From positions 1 through 63,611 of the forward strand of contig SXPB01000020.1 in the NCBI GenBank assembly GCA_005776475.1: 63,611 nt of DNA, given 5' to 3'. Position numbers and translations under genes: made by a program. Positions within the stretch are counted from its first letter, which is position 1; every line of letters starts with the position of its first letter. Source of the DNA: Planctomycetia bacterium. Lineage in GTDB: Bacteria; Planctomycetota; UBA1135; UBA2386. The notes beneath the pieces were generated by a model. That model was not told the origin of the DNA. It saw only the letters and a program-made list of their open reading frames with translations, and made no database searches. Positions 25,513-34,300 of the stretch are shown piece by piece.

Positions 25513-27087
25513 ATGCCCGCCACCCTGCCACCCAGCATCTTCAACGACGTCGTCGGCCCCGTCATGCGCGGTCCGTCGAGTTCGCATTCCGCCGCGTCGG
25601 TGCGCATCGGACGCCTCGCGCGCGACCTGTGCGGTGGTCAGCCCGACCACGTGCTGTTCGAGTTCGACACCGAAGGCTCGTTGGCGACCACGCACGAAAG
25701 CCAGGGCTCCGACATGGGGCTGTTCGGCGGGTTCCTCGGTTGGGAAGCGGACGACGCACGCTTGCCCGAATCGGCGGCGGCGTTGCGTGCGGCCGGCATC
25801 CAGCTCGAGATCCGCATCGCGACGCTGCACGATCCGCACCCGAACACCTACCGGCTGACCCTGCGCAAGAACGGCGTCGAACACCGTCTCATCGCGTTGT
25901 CGACGGGCGGCGGCATGATCGAAGTGGTCGCGATCGATGGGGCGCCGGTGACGCTGTACGGCGACTACGCGGTGACGGTGCTCGACGTCGACGGCGATGG
26001 CCGCAGTGCGGCGGCGGCGTTGGCGGCACGCGCGGATGTCGACGACGTGAAGATCACGGGATCGAACCCGGTGCGCGTCGTCGTCTGCGCGCAGGGGTTC
26101 GTCGCCGAGGCGGTGCTCGCCGCGTTGCCGGCGGTGCGGCGCGTGCGGCGACTTGCCCCGGTGCTGCCGGTGCGCTCGCGCAAGGGCCTCGCGGTGCCGT
26201 TCCTGCATGCCGGCGAGATGGTGCGCCGCGCCGATCCGGCCACGCGCAAGCTCTCCGACTGGGCGCTCGAGTACGAATGCGCGCGCGGCGGCATCGGTGC
26301 GAACGAAGTGCTCGAACAGATGCGCAAGATCCTCGCCATCGTGCGCGGCGGCGTGCAGCAAGGCCTCGCCGGCACCGAGTACAAGGACCGCATCCTGCCG
26401 CGCCAGAGCCATCGTTTCGCCGCGATGCTGCAGGATGGCAAGCTGCTCGACGGCGGCATCCTCAACCGCGCGATCCTCTACGTGACGGCGCTGATGGAGG
26501 TGAAGAGCAGCATGGGCGTCATCGTCGCCGCACCCACGGCGGGTTCGTGCGCGACGTTCCCGGGCACCTGCACCGCCGCCGCCGACGTGCTCGGCAGCGA
26601 GGAAGCGACGACGTTGCGCGCCATGCTGTCGGCCGGCCTGATCGGCGTCTTCGTGGCGACGCGGTCGAGCTTCGCGGCGGAAGTGGGGGGCTGTCAGGCC
26701 GAGACCGGGGCCGGCGCCGCGATGGCGGCGGCGGCGCTGGTCGAGCTGATGGGCGGCAATGCAGCCCAGGCGCTGTCGGCCGCGAGCCACGCGCTGCAGA
26801 ACGTGCTCGGCCTCATCTGCGATCCGATCGCCAACCGCGTCGAAGCGCCGTGCCTGGGCCGCAACATCGCCGGCGCCGCCAATGCGTTCGCCTGCGCCAA
26901 CATCGCGCTCGCCGGCTACGACCATCTGATCCCGCTCGACGAAGTGCTCGATGCGCATCGCCAGATCAGCGAGAGCATGGCGCGCGAGCTGCGCTGCACG
27001 GCGCTCGGCGGGCTGTCGATCACGCCGACCTCGAAGGCGATCGAGGCGCGCATGTGTGGCAGCGGCGGTTGCGGCAGCTGCAGTTGA
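25513..27087 (+). CDS. Iron-sulfur-dependent L-serine ammonia-lyase family protein (fused beta/alpha domains) with a Cys-rich C-terminal tail
   Basis: ATG 25513 lies in ORF 25453-27087. SIFNDVVGPVMRGPSSSHSAAS is the hallmark N-terminal motif. Alpha-domain Cys contexts are GSCATFPG, GGCQAETGAGAAMA and EAPCLGRN. The protein ends ...RMCGSGGCGSCS. Confidence 0.65.
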   Translation: MPATLPPSIFNDVVGPVMRGPSSSHSAASVRIGRLARDLCGGQPDHVLFEFDTEGSLATTHESQGSDMGLFGGFLGWEADDARLPESAAALRAAGIQLEIRIATLHDPHPNTYRLTLRKNGVEHRLIALSTGGGMIEVVAIDGAPVTLYGDYAVTVLDVDGDGRSAAAALAARADVDDVKITGSNPVRVVVCAQGFVAEAVLAALPAVRRVRRLAPVLPVRSRKGLAVPFLHAGEMVRRADPATRKLSDWALEYECARGGIGANEVLEQMRKILAIVRGGVQQGLAGTEYKDRILPRQSHRFAAMLQDGKLLDGGILNRAILYVTALMEVKSSMGVIVAAPTAGSCATFPGTCTAAADVLGSEEATTLRAMLSAGLIGVFVATRSSFAAEVGGCQAETGAGAAMAAAALVELMGGNAAQALSAASHALQNVLGLICDPIANRVEAPCLGRNIAGAANAFACANIALAGYDHLIPLDEVLDAHRQISESMARELRCTALGGLSITPTSKAIEARMCGSGGCGSCS

Positions 27088-27116
27088 GCGCGGCGGGCTG
27101 CCGTTCGAGGTCACGC

Positions 27117-27133
27117 GCTCGCGTCACGCGAGC
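27117..27133. terminator. 7-bp stem / 3-nt loop hairpin in the 36-nt convergent gap (possible bidirectional terminator)
   Basis: gctcgcg-tca-cgcgagc was read directly. The loop is the stop codon of the DUF1501 gene. There is no U tract, so the function is uncertain. Confidence 0.25.
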
Positions 27134-28530
27134 AGCGGGCGCACGACCTTGCCGTGCACGTCGGTAAGGCGGAAGTCGCGCCCTTCGTGGCGGAACGTCA
27201 GGCGCTCGTGGTCGAAGCCGCACAGCCACAGCACGGTGGCGTTGAGGTCGTGCACGTGCACGGCATCGCGCACCGTGTTGTAGCCGAGTTCGTCGGTCTC
27301 GCCGTGCTGGTGGCCGGGGCGCACGCCCGCGCCGGCCAGCCACGTGGTGAAGCAGCGCGGATGATGGTCGCGACCGTAGCTCGGATCGTCCGGGTTGCCC
27401 TGCGCGTAGACCGTGCGGCCGAACTCGCTGGTCCACAGCACCAGCGTGTCGTCGAGCATGCCGCGCTGCCGCAGGTCGGCGAGCAGCGCCGCGATCGGCT
27501 GGTCGACGTCGCGGCACTGCAGCGGAAGGTCGCGTTCGATGTCCCGGTGCTGGTCCCATCCGCGATGGTAGATCTGCACGCAGCGCACGCCGCGTTCGAG
27601 CATGCGTCGTGCCAGCACGATGTTGTTGGCGAAGGTGCCGCGCGTGTGCACGTCGGGTCCGTAGCGCGCCGTGACGTGGGCGGGTTCGGCGGCAAGGTCG
27701 GTGAGTTCGGGCACCGCAGCCTGCATGCGGAACGCGAGCTCGGCCTGGTGCTGGCGGGCGGCGATGCCGGTATCGCCGAGGCGTTGCTGCGCCGCGGCGT
27801 TGAGTTTCGCCATCGCGGCCAGTTGGTGCGCGCGCGCCTCCCGCGACACGCCTTCCGGATCCTTGAGGAACAGCACCGGATCACCCTGGCCGCGCAGCAG
27901 AACGCCCTGGTGCTCGGCGGGCAGGAACCCCGAGCCCCACAGCCGGCTGTAGAGGGCCTGGTCTTGCTTGGGACCGCTCCACGACGAATGCAGCACGACG
28001 AACGCCGGCAGCTCGCGGGTGTCGGCGCCGAGCGCCCACGCCAACCAGGCCCCGAAGCTCGGGCGGCCCGGCAGTTCGTTCCCGGTCTGCATCAGGTTCA
28101 GCGCGGGTTCGTGGTTGATCGCGTCGGTCTGCATCGAGCGCACGATGGCCAGCTCGTCGGCGCATTGCGCGATATGCGGCAGCAGGTCGCTGATCCACGC
28201 ACCGCTGCGGCCGTGTTGCGCAAAGACGCGGTTGCTGCGTTGGATGCGCAGGTTCTTCTGGCCCGAGGTCATCGTCGTGATGCGCTGGCCCTGGCGCACC
28301 GAATCGGGCAGGTCCTTGCCGTGCCACTGCGCGAGGGCGGGCTTGTGGTCGAACAGGTCGAGCTGCGAGGGCGCCCCGACCATGTGCAGGATCAGCACGC
28401 GCCGGGCCCGCGGCGTGAAGTGCGGCACCGGCGTCGGTTCGGTTCCCAACCGGAAGGCACACATCGCCGCGGCGCCGGAGGCGGCTTGCCGCAGGAACGC
28501 ACGACGGTCGATCCACTCGCGTATCGGCAT
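27124..28530 (-). CDS. DUF1501 family protein (sulfatase-fold) with a Tat signal
   Basis: ATG 28530 lies in ORF 27124-28635. The twin-arginine signal is MPIREWIDRRAFLRQAASGAAA. LHMVGAPSQLDLFDHKP, WGSGFLP and GRDHHP are present. The gene starts 2 nt after the PSCyt2/PSD1 gene stop. Confidence 0.8.
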   Translation of the reverse strand: MPIREWIDRRAFLRQAASGAAAMCAFRLGTEPTPVPHFTPRARRVLILHMVGAPSQLDLFDHKPALAQWHGKDLPDSVRQGQRITTMTSGQKNLRIQRSNRVFAQHGRSGAWISDLLPHIAQCADELAIVRSMQTDAINHEPALNLMQTGNELPGRPSFGAWLAWALGADTRELPAFVVLHSSWSGPKQDQALYSRLWGSGFLPAEHQGVLLRGQGDPVLFLKDPEGVSREARAHQLAAMAKLNAAAQQRLGDTGIAARQHQAELAFRMQAAVPELTDLAAEPAHVTARYGPDVHTRGTFANNIVLARRMLERGVRCVQIYHRGWDQHRDIERDLPLQCRDVDQPIAALLADLRQRGMLDDTLVLWTSEFGRTVYAQGNPDDPSYGRDHHPRCFTTWLAGAGVRPGHQHGETDELGYNTVRDAVHVHDLNATVLWLCGFDHERLTFRHEGRDFRLTDVHGKVVRPLLA

Positions 28531-28532
28531 GG

Positions 28533-31001
28533 TCAGTTGCGGTGCATGGCTTCGTCGAGGGACAGCAGCGTGCTGGCGAGCAGTGCGAGCGCCTGCTCGC
28601 GATCGCTGCCGACGCCGGCGAGCAGCGCCGCACACGCGCTGCGTTCGGGTCCGGTTGCGCGCCGTTGCAGCAGGTGGCGGAACGCGGCATCGACGACATC
28701 GTCGGCATCGCCGCCGGCCGCCGCGAGCCGCTTCCCGAACTCGCGCGACGCCGTGACCATGCCTTCGTCATTCCAGATCGCGAGGGTCTGCAGCGGCGTC
28801 GTCGTCGCCTGGCGCTCGACGACGCAGGTCTCGCGGCTCGGTGCATCGAACGTCAACAGCAGCGGCGGGCCGGCCGTGCGCTTCCAGAACGTGTAGAGGC
28901 TGCGGCGGCGCAGGCTGTCGCCGGTGTCCGCCTTGTAGTGTTCGGTGTTGCTGCCGGGCAATGCGATCGCTTCCCAGATGCCGGGCGGTTGCTGGATGCG
29001 CACGCTCGGACCACCGACCTGGTGCAGCAGGAGGCCTGCCGTGGCGAGCGCCTGGTCGCGGATCGCTTCGGCCGGCAGCCGCACGCGGCTCATGCGCGCC
29101 AACCACACGTTGTCGGGATCGCGGGCGCTGCGCTCGGCATCGACGATGGCGCTTTGCCGGTACGTCGCCGACAGCACCAGCAGCCGATGCAGCCGCCGTT
29201 CGTCCCAGCCGTTCGCGGCGAACTCGCACGCGAGCCAGGCGAGCAGTTCCGGATGGCTCGGTCGGGCGCCTCGCACGCCGAAGTCGTGTGGCGTGGTGAC
29301 GAGACCGCGGCCGAAGTGGCGCAGCCAGATGCGATTCACGGCGACGCGCGCGGTGAGCGGCTGTTCGGGCGCGAACGACCAGGCGGCGAGAGCGCGGCGG
29401 TCGGCGGGTGCGCCGGCGGGCAACGGCGGCAGGAAGGTCGGCGTGCCGGTCTCGACGCGGTCCCCGGGTTGGTCGTAGCGACCGCGGAACAGCACGTGCA
29501 CCGGCCGCGGCGTCGGCAGGTCGCCGCTGACCATGCAGAGCGGCAGGGCGGCTTCGAACTGCTGCAAGTCCGTCGTCGCTGCCCGATGGGCGGCGAGCGG
29601 GGCTTCGATGGCCGCGGTCGTCGTCTGCACGAGGAAGCGGCCGAGCACGTGCTGGTGGTGGCGACTCTGCTGCCGGAGCACGACGCGCAGGCGGCCCGCG
29701 GGTGCCGGGGCGGCGAGCACGAGATGCAGCGCCGTCGATTCGTGGCGGCCGTTCAGCGCCCACCCGGTCAGCGGATCGCCATCGATCGCATGGGCGGCGG
29801 GAAACCCCTGCTGCGCGAAGTCCGCATCGGCGCTGGCGATCGCCAGCCGCTCGCTGCGGCCGTCGGTCTCGCTGTAGAGCTCGATCTCGCCGAGCACGAA
29901 GTTGCCGTTCTCGGCCCGACCCGGCCCACGCGCCGGCAAGGTGTCGTCGGGCAACGCCAGCAGGCGCAGCGCGCGCACACCGGGCGCGGCGTTCGTGCCC
30001 TCGAGTTCGTAGTCGGCGTGCGGCGGCACCGCACCGGTGGCCAGCAACGAACCGTCGTCGCGCGGCGTGAACGCGGCCTCGACGGCCGTGGGCCGCAGCG
30101 GCAGGGTGGTCCACTGCACTGCCGTCCACGCCGCCGACGCCGTCGCTGCGGATTGCCGTCGGCGCAGCCGCTCCGCCGTTTCCTCGGCACGGGGCGCCTG
30201 CATGCTCGGGGCTGCCGCCAGCGCGCCACCGTCGTTGCCCTCCTCCGCGAACGACCCGAAGTAGCCGAGCAGGCGGAAGTAGTCGCGTTGCGTCAGCGGA
30301 TCCGACTTGTGGTCGTGGCACTGCGCGCAACCCACCGTCAAGCCGAGCACCGCGGTGCCGAAGGTGTCGGTGCGGTTCATCGCGTAGCGCGCCAGATACT
30401 CCGCGGGGATCAGGCCGCCTTCGTCCGAGGTCGGGTTGTTGCGGTTCCAGCCGCTGGCGATGCGCTGCGCCTCGCTCGCTTCCGGCAGCAGGTCGCCGGC
30501 GAGTTGCTCGGTGACGAAGCGGTCGAAGGGCATGTTCGCCGCATACGCGTCGATCACCCAGTCGCGCCAGCGCCACAGCGCGCGCACCTGGTCGCGCTGC
30601 ATGCCGCTGGTGTCGGCGTAACGCGACAGGTCGAGCCAGATGCGCGTGTTCTCCTCGGCGTGGGCCTGGCTCGCGAGCAGGCGATCGACCACGCGTTCGT
30701 AGGCATCGGGCCGCTCGTCACCTTCGAACGCTTCGAGCTCGGCGAGCGTCGGCGGCAGGCCGGTCAGGTCGAAGGTGACGCGCCGCAGCAGTTCGCCGCG
30801 GCTCGCCTGGGCGCTGGCGGTGAGGCCGTTGGCGTCGCGCGCGATGGCGACGAAGCGATCGACTTCGTTGCGCGCCCACCCGTCGCCAGCGGCTGGCACC
30901 ATGGGCCGCTCCGGCTGCGCGAAGGCCCAGTGCTGTTGCGAGGCGGCTGCCGTCGCGAACAACGCGACGCACGCAACGAACCGGGACGAGGGCGCGGGCA
31001 T
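28533..31001 (-). CDS. PSCyt2 (DUF1549) / PSD1 (DUF1553) protein with a central discoidin-like insert
   Basis: ATG 31001 lies in ORF 28533-31112, with signal peptide MPAPSSRFVACVALFATAAASQ. DUF1549 motifs are DRFV..., RRVTFDLTGLPPT, WLDLSRYADTSG and FVTEQLAGDLLP. The central region has GNFVLGEIELYS and AHAIDGDPLTGWA. DUF1553 motifs are NRIWLRHFGRGLVTTPHDFGVRGARPSHPELLAWLA. Confidence 0.8.
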   Translation of the reverse strand: MPAPSSRFVACVALFATAAASQQHWAFAQPERPMVPAAGDGWARNEVDRFVAIARDANGLTASAQASRGELLRRVTFDLTGLPPTLAELEAFEGDERPDAYERVVDRLLASQAHAEENTRIWLDLSRYADTSGMQRDQVRALWRWRDWVIDAYAANMPFDRFVTEQLAGDLLPEASEAQRIASGWNRNNPTSDEGGLIPAEYLARYAMNRTDTFGTAVLGLTVGCAQCHDHKSDPLTQRDYFRLLGYFGSFAEEGNDGGALAAAPSMQAPRAEETAERLRRRQSAATASAAWTAVQWTTLPLRPTAVEAAFTPRDDGSLLATGAVPPHADYELEGTNAAPGVRALRLLALPDDTLPARGPGRAENGNFVLGEIELYSETDGRSERLAIASADADFAQQGFPAAHAIDGDPLTGWALNGRHESTALHLVLAAPAPAGRLRVVLRQQSRHHQHVLGRFLVQTTTAAIEAPLAAHRAATTDLQQFEAALPLCMVSGDLPTPRPVHVLFRGRYDQPGDRVETGTPTFLPPLPAGAPADRRALAAWSFAPEQPLTARVAVNRIWLRHFGRGLVTTPHDFGVRGARPSHPELLAWLACEFAANGWDERRLHRLLVLSATYRQSAIVDAERSARDPDNVWLARMSRVRLPAEAIRDQALATAGLLLHQVGGPSVRIQQPPGIWEAIALPGSNTEHYKADTGDSLRRRSLYTFWKRTAGPPLLLTFDAPSRETCVVERQATTTPLQTLAIWNDEGMVTASREFGKRLAAAGGDADDVVDAAFRHLLQRRATGPERSACAALLAGVGSDREQALALLASTLLSLDEAMHRN

Positions 31002-31089
31002 GGCGGCGGCCGATGCTACCTCGGCGCCGCGGCGCGCGGCCCCTCGCTGGGTGGGAATGCGCGTCGCCGGGGCCCGGCGGGACGGGTAA

Positions 31090-31959
31090 TCAGCCGATGA
31101 CAGCGAGGGCAAGCAAGGCGCGCAGCCGCTCGGGAGTGGTAGCCGTCGTCTTGCAGACGAAGCCGCTCTGGTGCGCGAAGTGCACGTCGGCTTGCCGTTC
31201 GAGGCGCGAGAAGTCGAGCCGCGGATCGTCCTCGTAACGCTGCATCCCGTAGCCGGGACCGCGCCGATCGGGGTAGATCATCGCGCCGACGACGCGTTCG
31301 AGCCCTTGCTTGCGGATGAAGTGGGCGACGCCGGCGGACGGCTCGTCGAGCGAAGGCTCGGTGCGCGGCAGGAACACCGTCTCGATCGTCGTGTTCGCGG
31401 CCTGGACCGACCAGCGTTCGCCGTGGCGGGCGACGAACGCGAGCTGGTCGCGCACGGTGCGCAGGTAGTCGAGCAGGTCCTGGCCGACGAGGCGAAGGTA
31501 GTCGTAGACGGTCTCCCCGGGTTGGTGCAGCGAGGCGGCGGCGAACCGCCGCAACAGGGTCGCGTCGATCGGCGAGTTCAGCTGGGCGACGGCGCGGCGC
31601 GGCACGCCGAGCCATTCGGCGGTGCGCTTGGGGCCACGCGAGTCGAACCACTCGGCCGGTTCGAGCCATTCGCAGAACGTGCGGGCATCCTCGTACAGCC
31701 CGATCGCCTGCAGCACGAGGCTCAGCGCGCAGGTTGGCGGATGCTCGCGCGGGAAGTGGTGGTGGTCGAAGTTGTTCCGGGCCGCATCGTGACTGCCGCC
31801 GATGTCGACCGTGGCGACCGCGGGATCGTCGAGTTCCGCGGGCGTGGGTATGCGTCGCTCGATGACGCAGCCGTGCAGCGCCGCGAGCACGCAGCAGGCG
31901 AGCAGGTCGTCGCGATGGGCGCCGCCGGGATGGGTGACGATGCGGCGGAGAGAGGTCAT
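31090..31959 (-). CDS. MYG1/UPF0160-like metal-dependent hydrolase family protein
   Basis: 289 aa. IVTHPGGAHRDDLLACCVLAAL and VDIGGSHDAARNNFDHHH resemble the MYG1 motifs GTH.G.FH.DE..A and VDVGG.YD....YDHHQ. Confidence 0.5.
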   Translation of the reverse strand: MTSLRRIVTHPGGAHRDDLLACCVLAALHGCVIERRIPTPAELDDPAVATVDIGGSHDAARNNFDHHHFPREHPPTCALSLVLQAIGLYEDARTFCEWLEPAEWFDSRGPKRTAEWLGVPRRAVAQLNSPIDATLLRRFAAASLHQPGETVYDYLRLVGQDLLDYLRTVRDQLAFVARHGERWSVQAANTTIETVFLPRTEPSLDEPSAGVAHFIRKQGLERVVGAMIYPDRRGPGYGMQRYEDDPRLDFSRLERQADVHFAHQSGFVCKTTATTPERLRALLALAVIG

Positions 31960-32051
31960 GGGCGGGGCGGAAGGTAACCGCGTCGGCGAAGGAAGCGAGC
32001 CACGTTGCGGCGGCGACGATCGGGACCGGCTCGCGCGGCCGCAGACGGCAG

Positions 32052-34241
32052 ATGTATGGTGCGACGATGCCGTCCGTTCGCCGCGTCGCGTTTGCTCCGT
32101 TGCTGTCGTTGTTCGCCCTCGCGACGCTGCCGGCGCAGGCCGCGCCCGATTGGCTCGTCGATCCCGCGCCGTATCGCGCCCGCGTCGACTCCGCGGCCGA
32201 TGGCAGTGCGGTCACGCTGACCAATGGCCTCGTCGCTCGCCGGTTGCGCCTCGCGCCCGCCGTCGCCACGGTGGCGTTCGACGATCTGGTGGCGGGAGCG
32301 TCGCTGCTGCGCGCCGTGCAGCCGGAAGCAACCGTCACCATCGACGGCAAGCAATGGAAGGTCGGCGGCCTGGTCGGCCAGAAGGTGCGCAACTTCCTCA
32401 CCGCCGAGTCCGAAGCGGAACTGCAGCAAGACCCGCAGGCGTTCCGGTGCGTGGCGCACGGCCCGTGCGCGGTCGAGGCACCGTTGGCGTGGCAGCCGCG
32501 TCGCGAATGGCTGGCGTCGCCGCGCGCCTGGCCACCACGCGGCATCGGCTACGCGTTCGAGTACGTGGCGCCGGCGGGAGGGCCCGCGGCCACGGTGCGC
32601 GTCGTCTATGAGCTGTACGACGGCATCCCCGTGCTCGGCAAACGCATCGAGCTGCGCAATGCCGGCGACAAGGCCCTGCGCCTCGACGCCTTCGCGGCCG
32701 AGTTGTTGGCGGTGGTGGAGACGGGCTCGACGGTCGGCGGCGATCCCGACGTCGGCCACCGCGACCTGCGGGCGCTGCACGTGGAGACCGACTACGCGTT
32801 CGGTGGTGCGATGGAGGCAGTGGCCGACAATCCGGCGGTGCATTGGGAGATCGATCCGGACTACCCGACGCAAGTGCACTACGAGCGCCGCACGCCGTGC
32901 CTGTTGCGTTGTTCGCCGCGGCTCGGGCCCGCGGTCACGGTGGCACCGGCGGCGACCTGGCATTCGTTCCGCGTGTGCGAACTCGCCACCGCGAGCGGTG
33001 ACCGCGAACGGCGCGGCCTCGCGCGGCGGCGCATGTACCGCACCCTGGCGCCGTGGGTGGAGGAGAACCCGCTGATCTTCCACGTGCGCCAGGCCGATTC
33101 GCCGAGTGTGCGCGCTGCGATCGACCAGGCCGCGGCCGTCGGGTTCGAGCTCGTGCTGATGACCTTCGGCAGCGGCTTCGACGCCGAAGACGACAGCGAA
33201 GCGAACCTGACCCGCTTGAAGGAACTGGCCGACTACGCGCACGGCAAGGGCGTGGCGCTCGGTGGCTATTCGTTGCTCGCGAGCCGATCGATCGACGCCG
33301 CCAACGACGTCGTCAACGTCGCCACCGGCAAGCCCGGTGGGTTCGCCCGCTACGACAACTCGCCTTGCCTTGGCAGCGAATGGGGTCGTCGCTACTTCGC
33401 GAAGTTGCGGCGCCTCTACGAAGTGACCGGCCTCGATGCGCTCGAACACGATGGCAACTATCCGGGCGACACGTGTGCTTCGACCACGCATCCCGGCCAT
33501 GCCGCCCACGCCGATTCGCAGTGGACGCAGTGGGAGGCGATCCGCGACCTGTATCGATGGATGCGCGGGCGCGGCATCTACCTCAACGTTCCCGATTGGT
33601 ACTTCCTGTCCGGTGCCAACAAGACGGGCATGGGCTACCGCGAGACCAACTGGTCGTTGCCGCGTGCCGACCAGTTGTTGATCGAGCGGCAGAACGTGTT
33701 CGACGGCACCTGGACCAAGGCGGTGACGATGGGGTGGATGTTCGTGCCGCTGAGCGAGTACCACGGTGGCGGCCCGGCGGCGACGATCGAACCGCTCGAC
33801 GCGCATCTCGACCACTACGAGGCGCGGTTCGCCAACTTGCTCGGGGCGGGAGTGCAGGCGTGCTGGCGCGGGCCCCGGCTCTACGACACCCCACGCGTGC
33901 GCGATGCGGTGCGCACGTGGACGACGTGGTTCCGCACGAACCGACCCATCCTCGAAGCCGATGTGCTGCACGGGCGGCGGCCGGACGGGCGCGACATCGA
34001 CTGGCTGCTGCACGTTGCCCCCGGGCTGCCGACGCCGGCGATGCTGGTCGTGCACAACCCGCTGGCGCAGGACGCGGAGCGCACCCTCTTGCTCGATCTG
34101 TCGTTGGCCGGCATCGAGCGCACGGTGACCGCCGACTTCGGCGACGCGCAACGGGCGCTACCGGTCGATGGGCGAGGCCGGGTGTCGGTGACGATCACCG
34201 TGCCGGCTCGCAGCCACCGGTTCGTCGCGTTCCGGCGCTGA
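32052..34241 (+). CDS. Secreted putative glycoside hydrolase (alpha-galactosidase-like TIM barrel); family uncertain
   Basis: The signal peptide ends ATLPAQA. The start may be ATG 32052 or 32067. Barrel-like blocks are GFELVLMTFGSGFD, LADYAHGKGVALGGYSLL, LDALEHDGNYPGDTC, IYLNVPDWYFLSG and MGWMFVPLSEYHGGG. Confidence 0.4.
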   Translation: MYGATMPSVRRVAFAPLLSLFALATLPAQAAPDWLVDPAPYRARVDSAADGSAVTLTNGLVARRLRLAPAVATVAFDDLVAGASLLRAVQPEATVTIDGKQWKVGGLVGQKVRNFLTAESEAELQQDPQAFRCVAHGPCAVEAPLAWQPRREWLASPRAWPPRGIGYAFEYVAPAGGPAATVRVVYELYDGIPVLGKRIELRNAGDKALRLDAFAAELLAVVETGSTVGGDPDVGHRDLRALHVETDYAFGGAMEAVADNPAVHWEIDPDYPTQVHYERRTPCLLRCSPRLGPAVTVAPAATWHSFRVCELATASGDRERRGLARRRMYRTLAPWVEENPLIFHVRQADSPSVRAAIDQAAAVGFELVLMTFGSGFDAEDDSEANLTRLKELADYAHGKGVALGGYSLLASRSIDAANDVVNVATGKPGGFARYDNSPCLGSEWGRRYFAKLRRLYEVTGLDALEHDGNYPGDTCASTTHPGHAAHADSQWTQWEAIRDLYRWMRGRGIYLNVPDWYFLSGANKTGMGYRETNWSLPRADQLLIERQNVFDGTWTKAVTMGWMFVPLSEYHGGGPAATIEPLDAHLDHYEARFANLLGAGVQACWRGPRLYDTPRVRDAVRTWTTWFRTNRPILEADVLHGRRPDGRDIDWLLHVAPGLPTPAMLVVHNPLAQDAERTLLLDLSLAGIERTVTADFGDAQRALPVDGRGRVSVTITVPARSHRFVAFRR

Positions 34242-34300
34242 GGCGGCCAGGAACGCGAGAACGGGGCGGCGGCGCGATCGCGCCGCGCGAGGCGTTGGCG

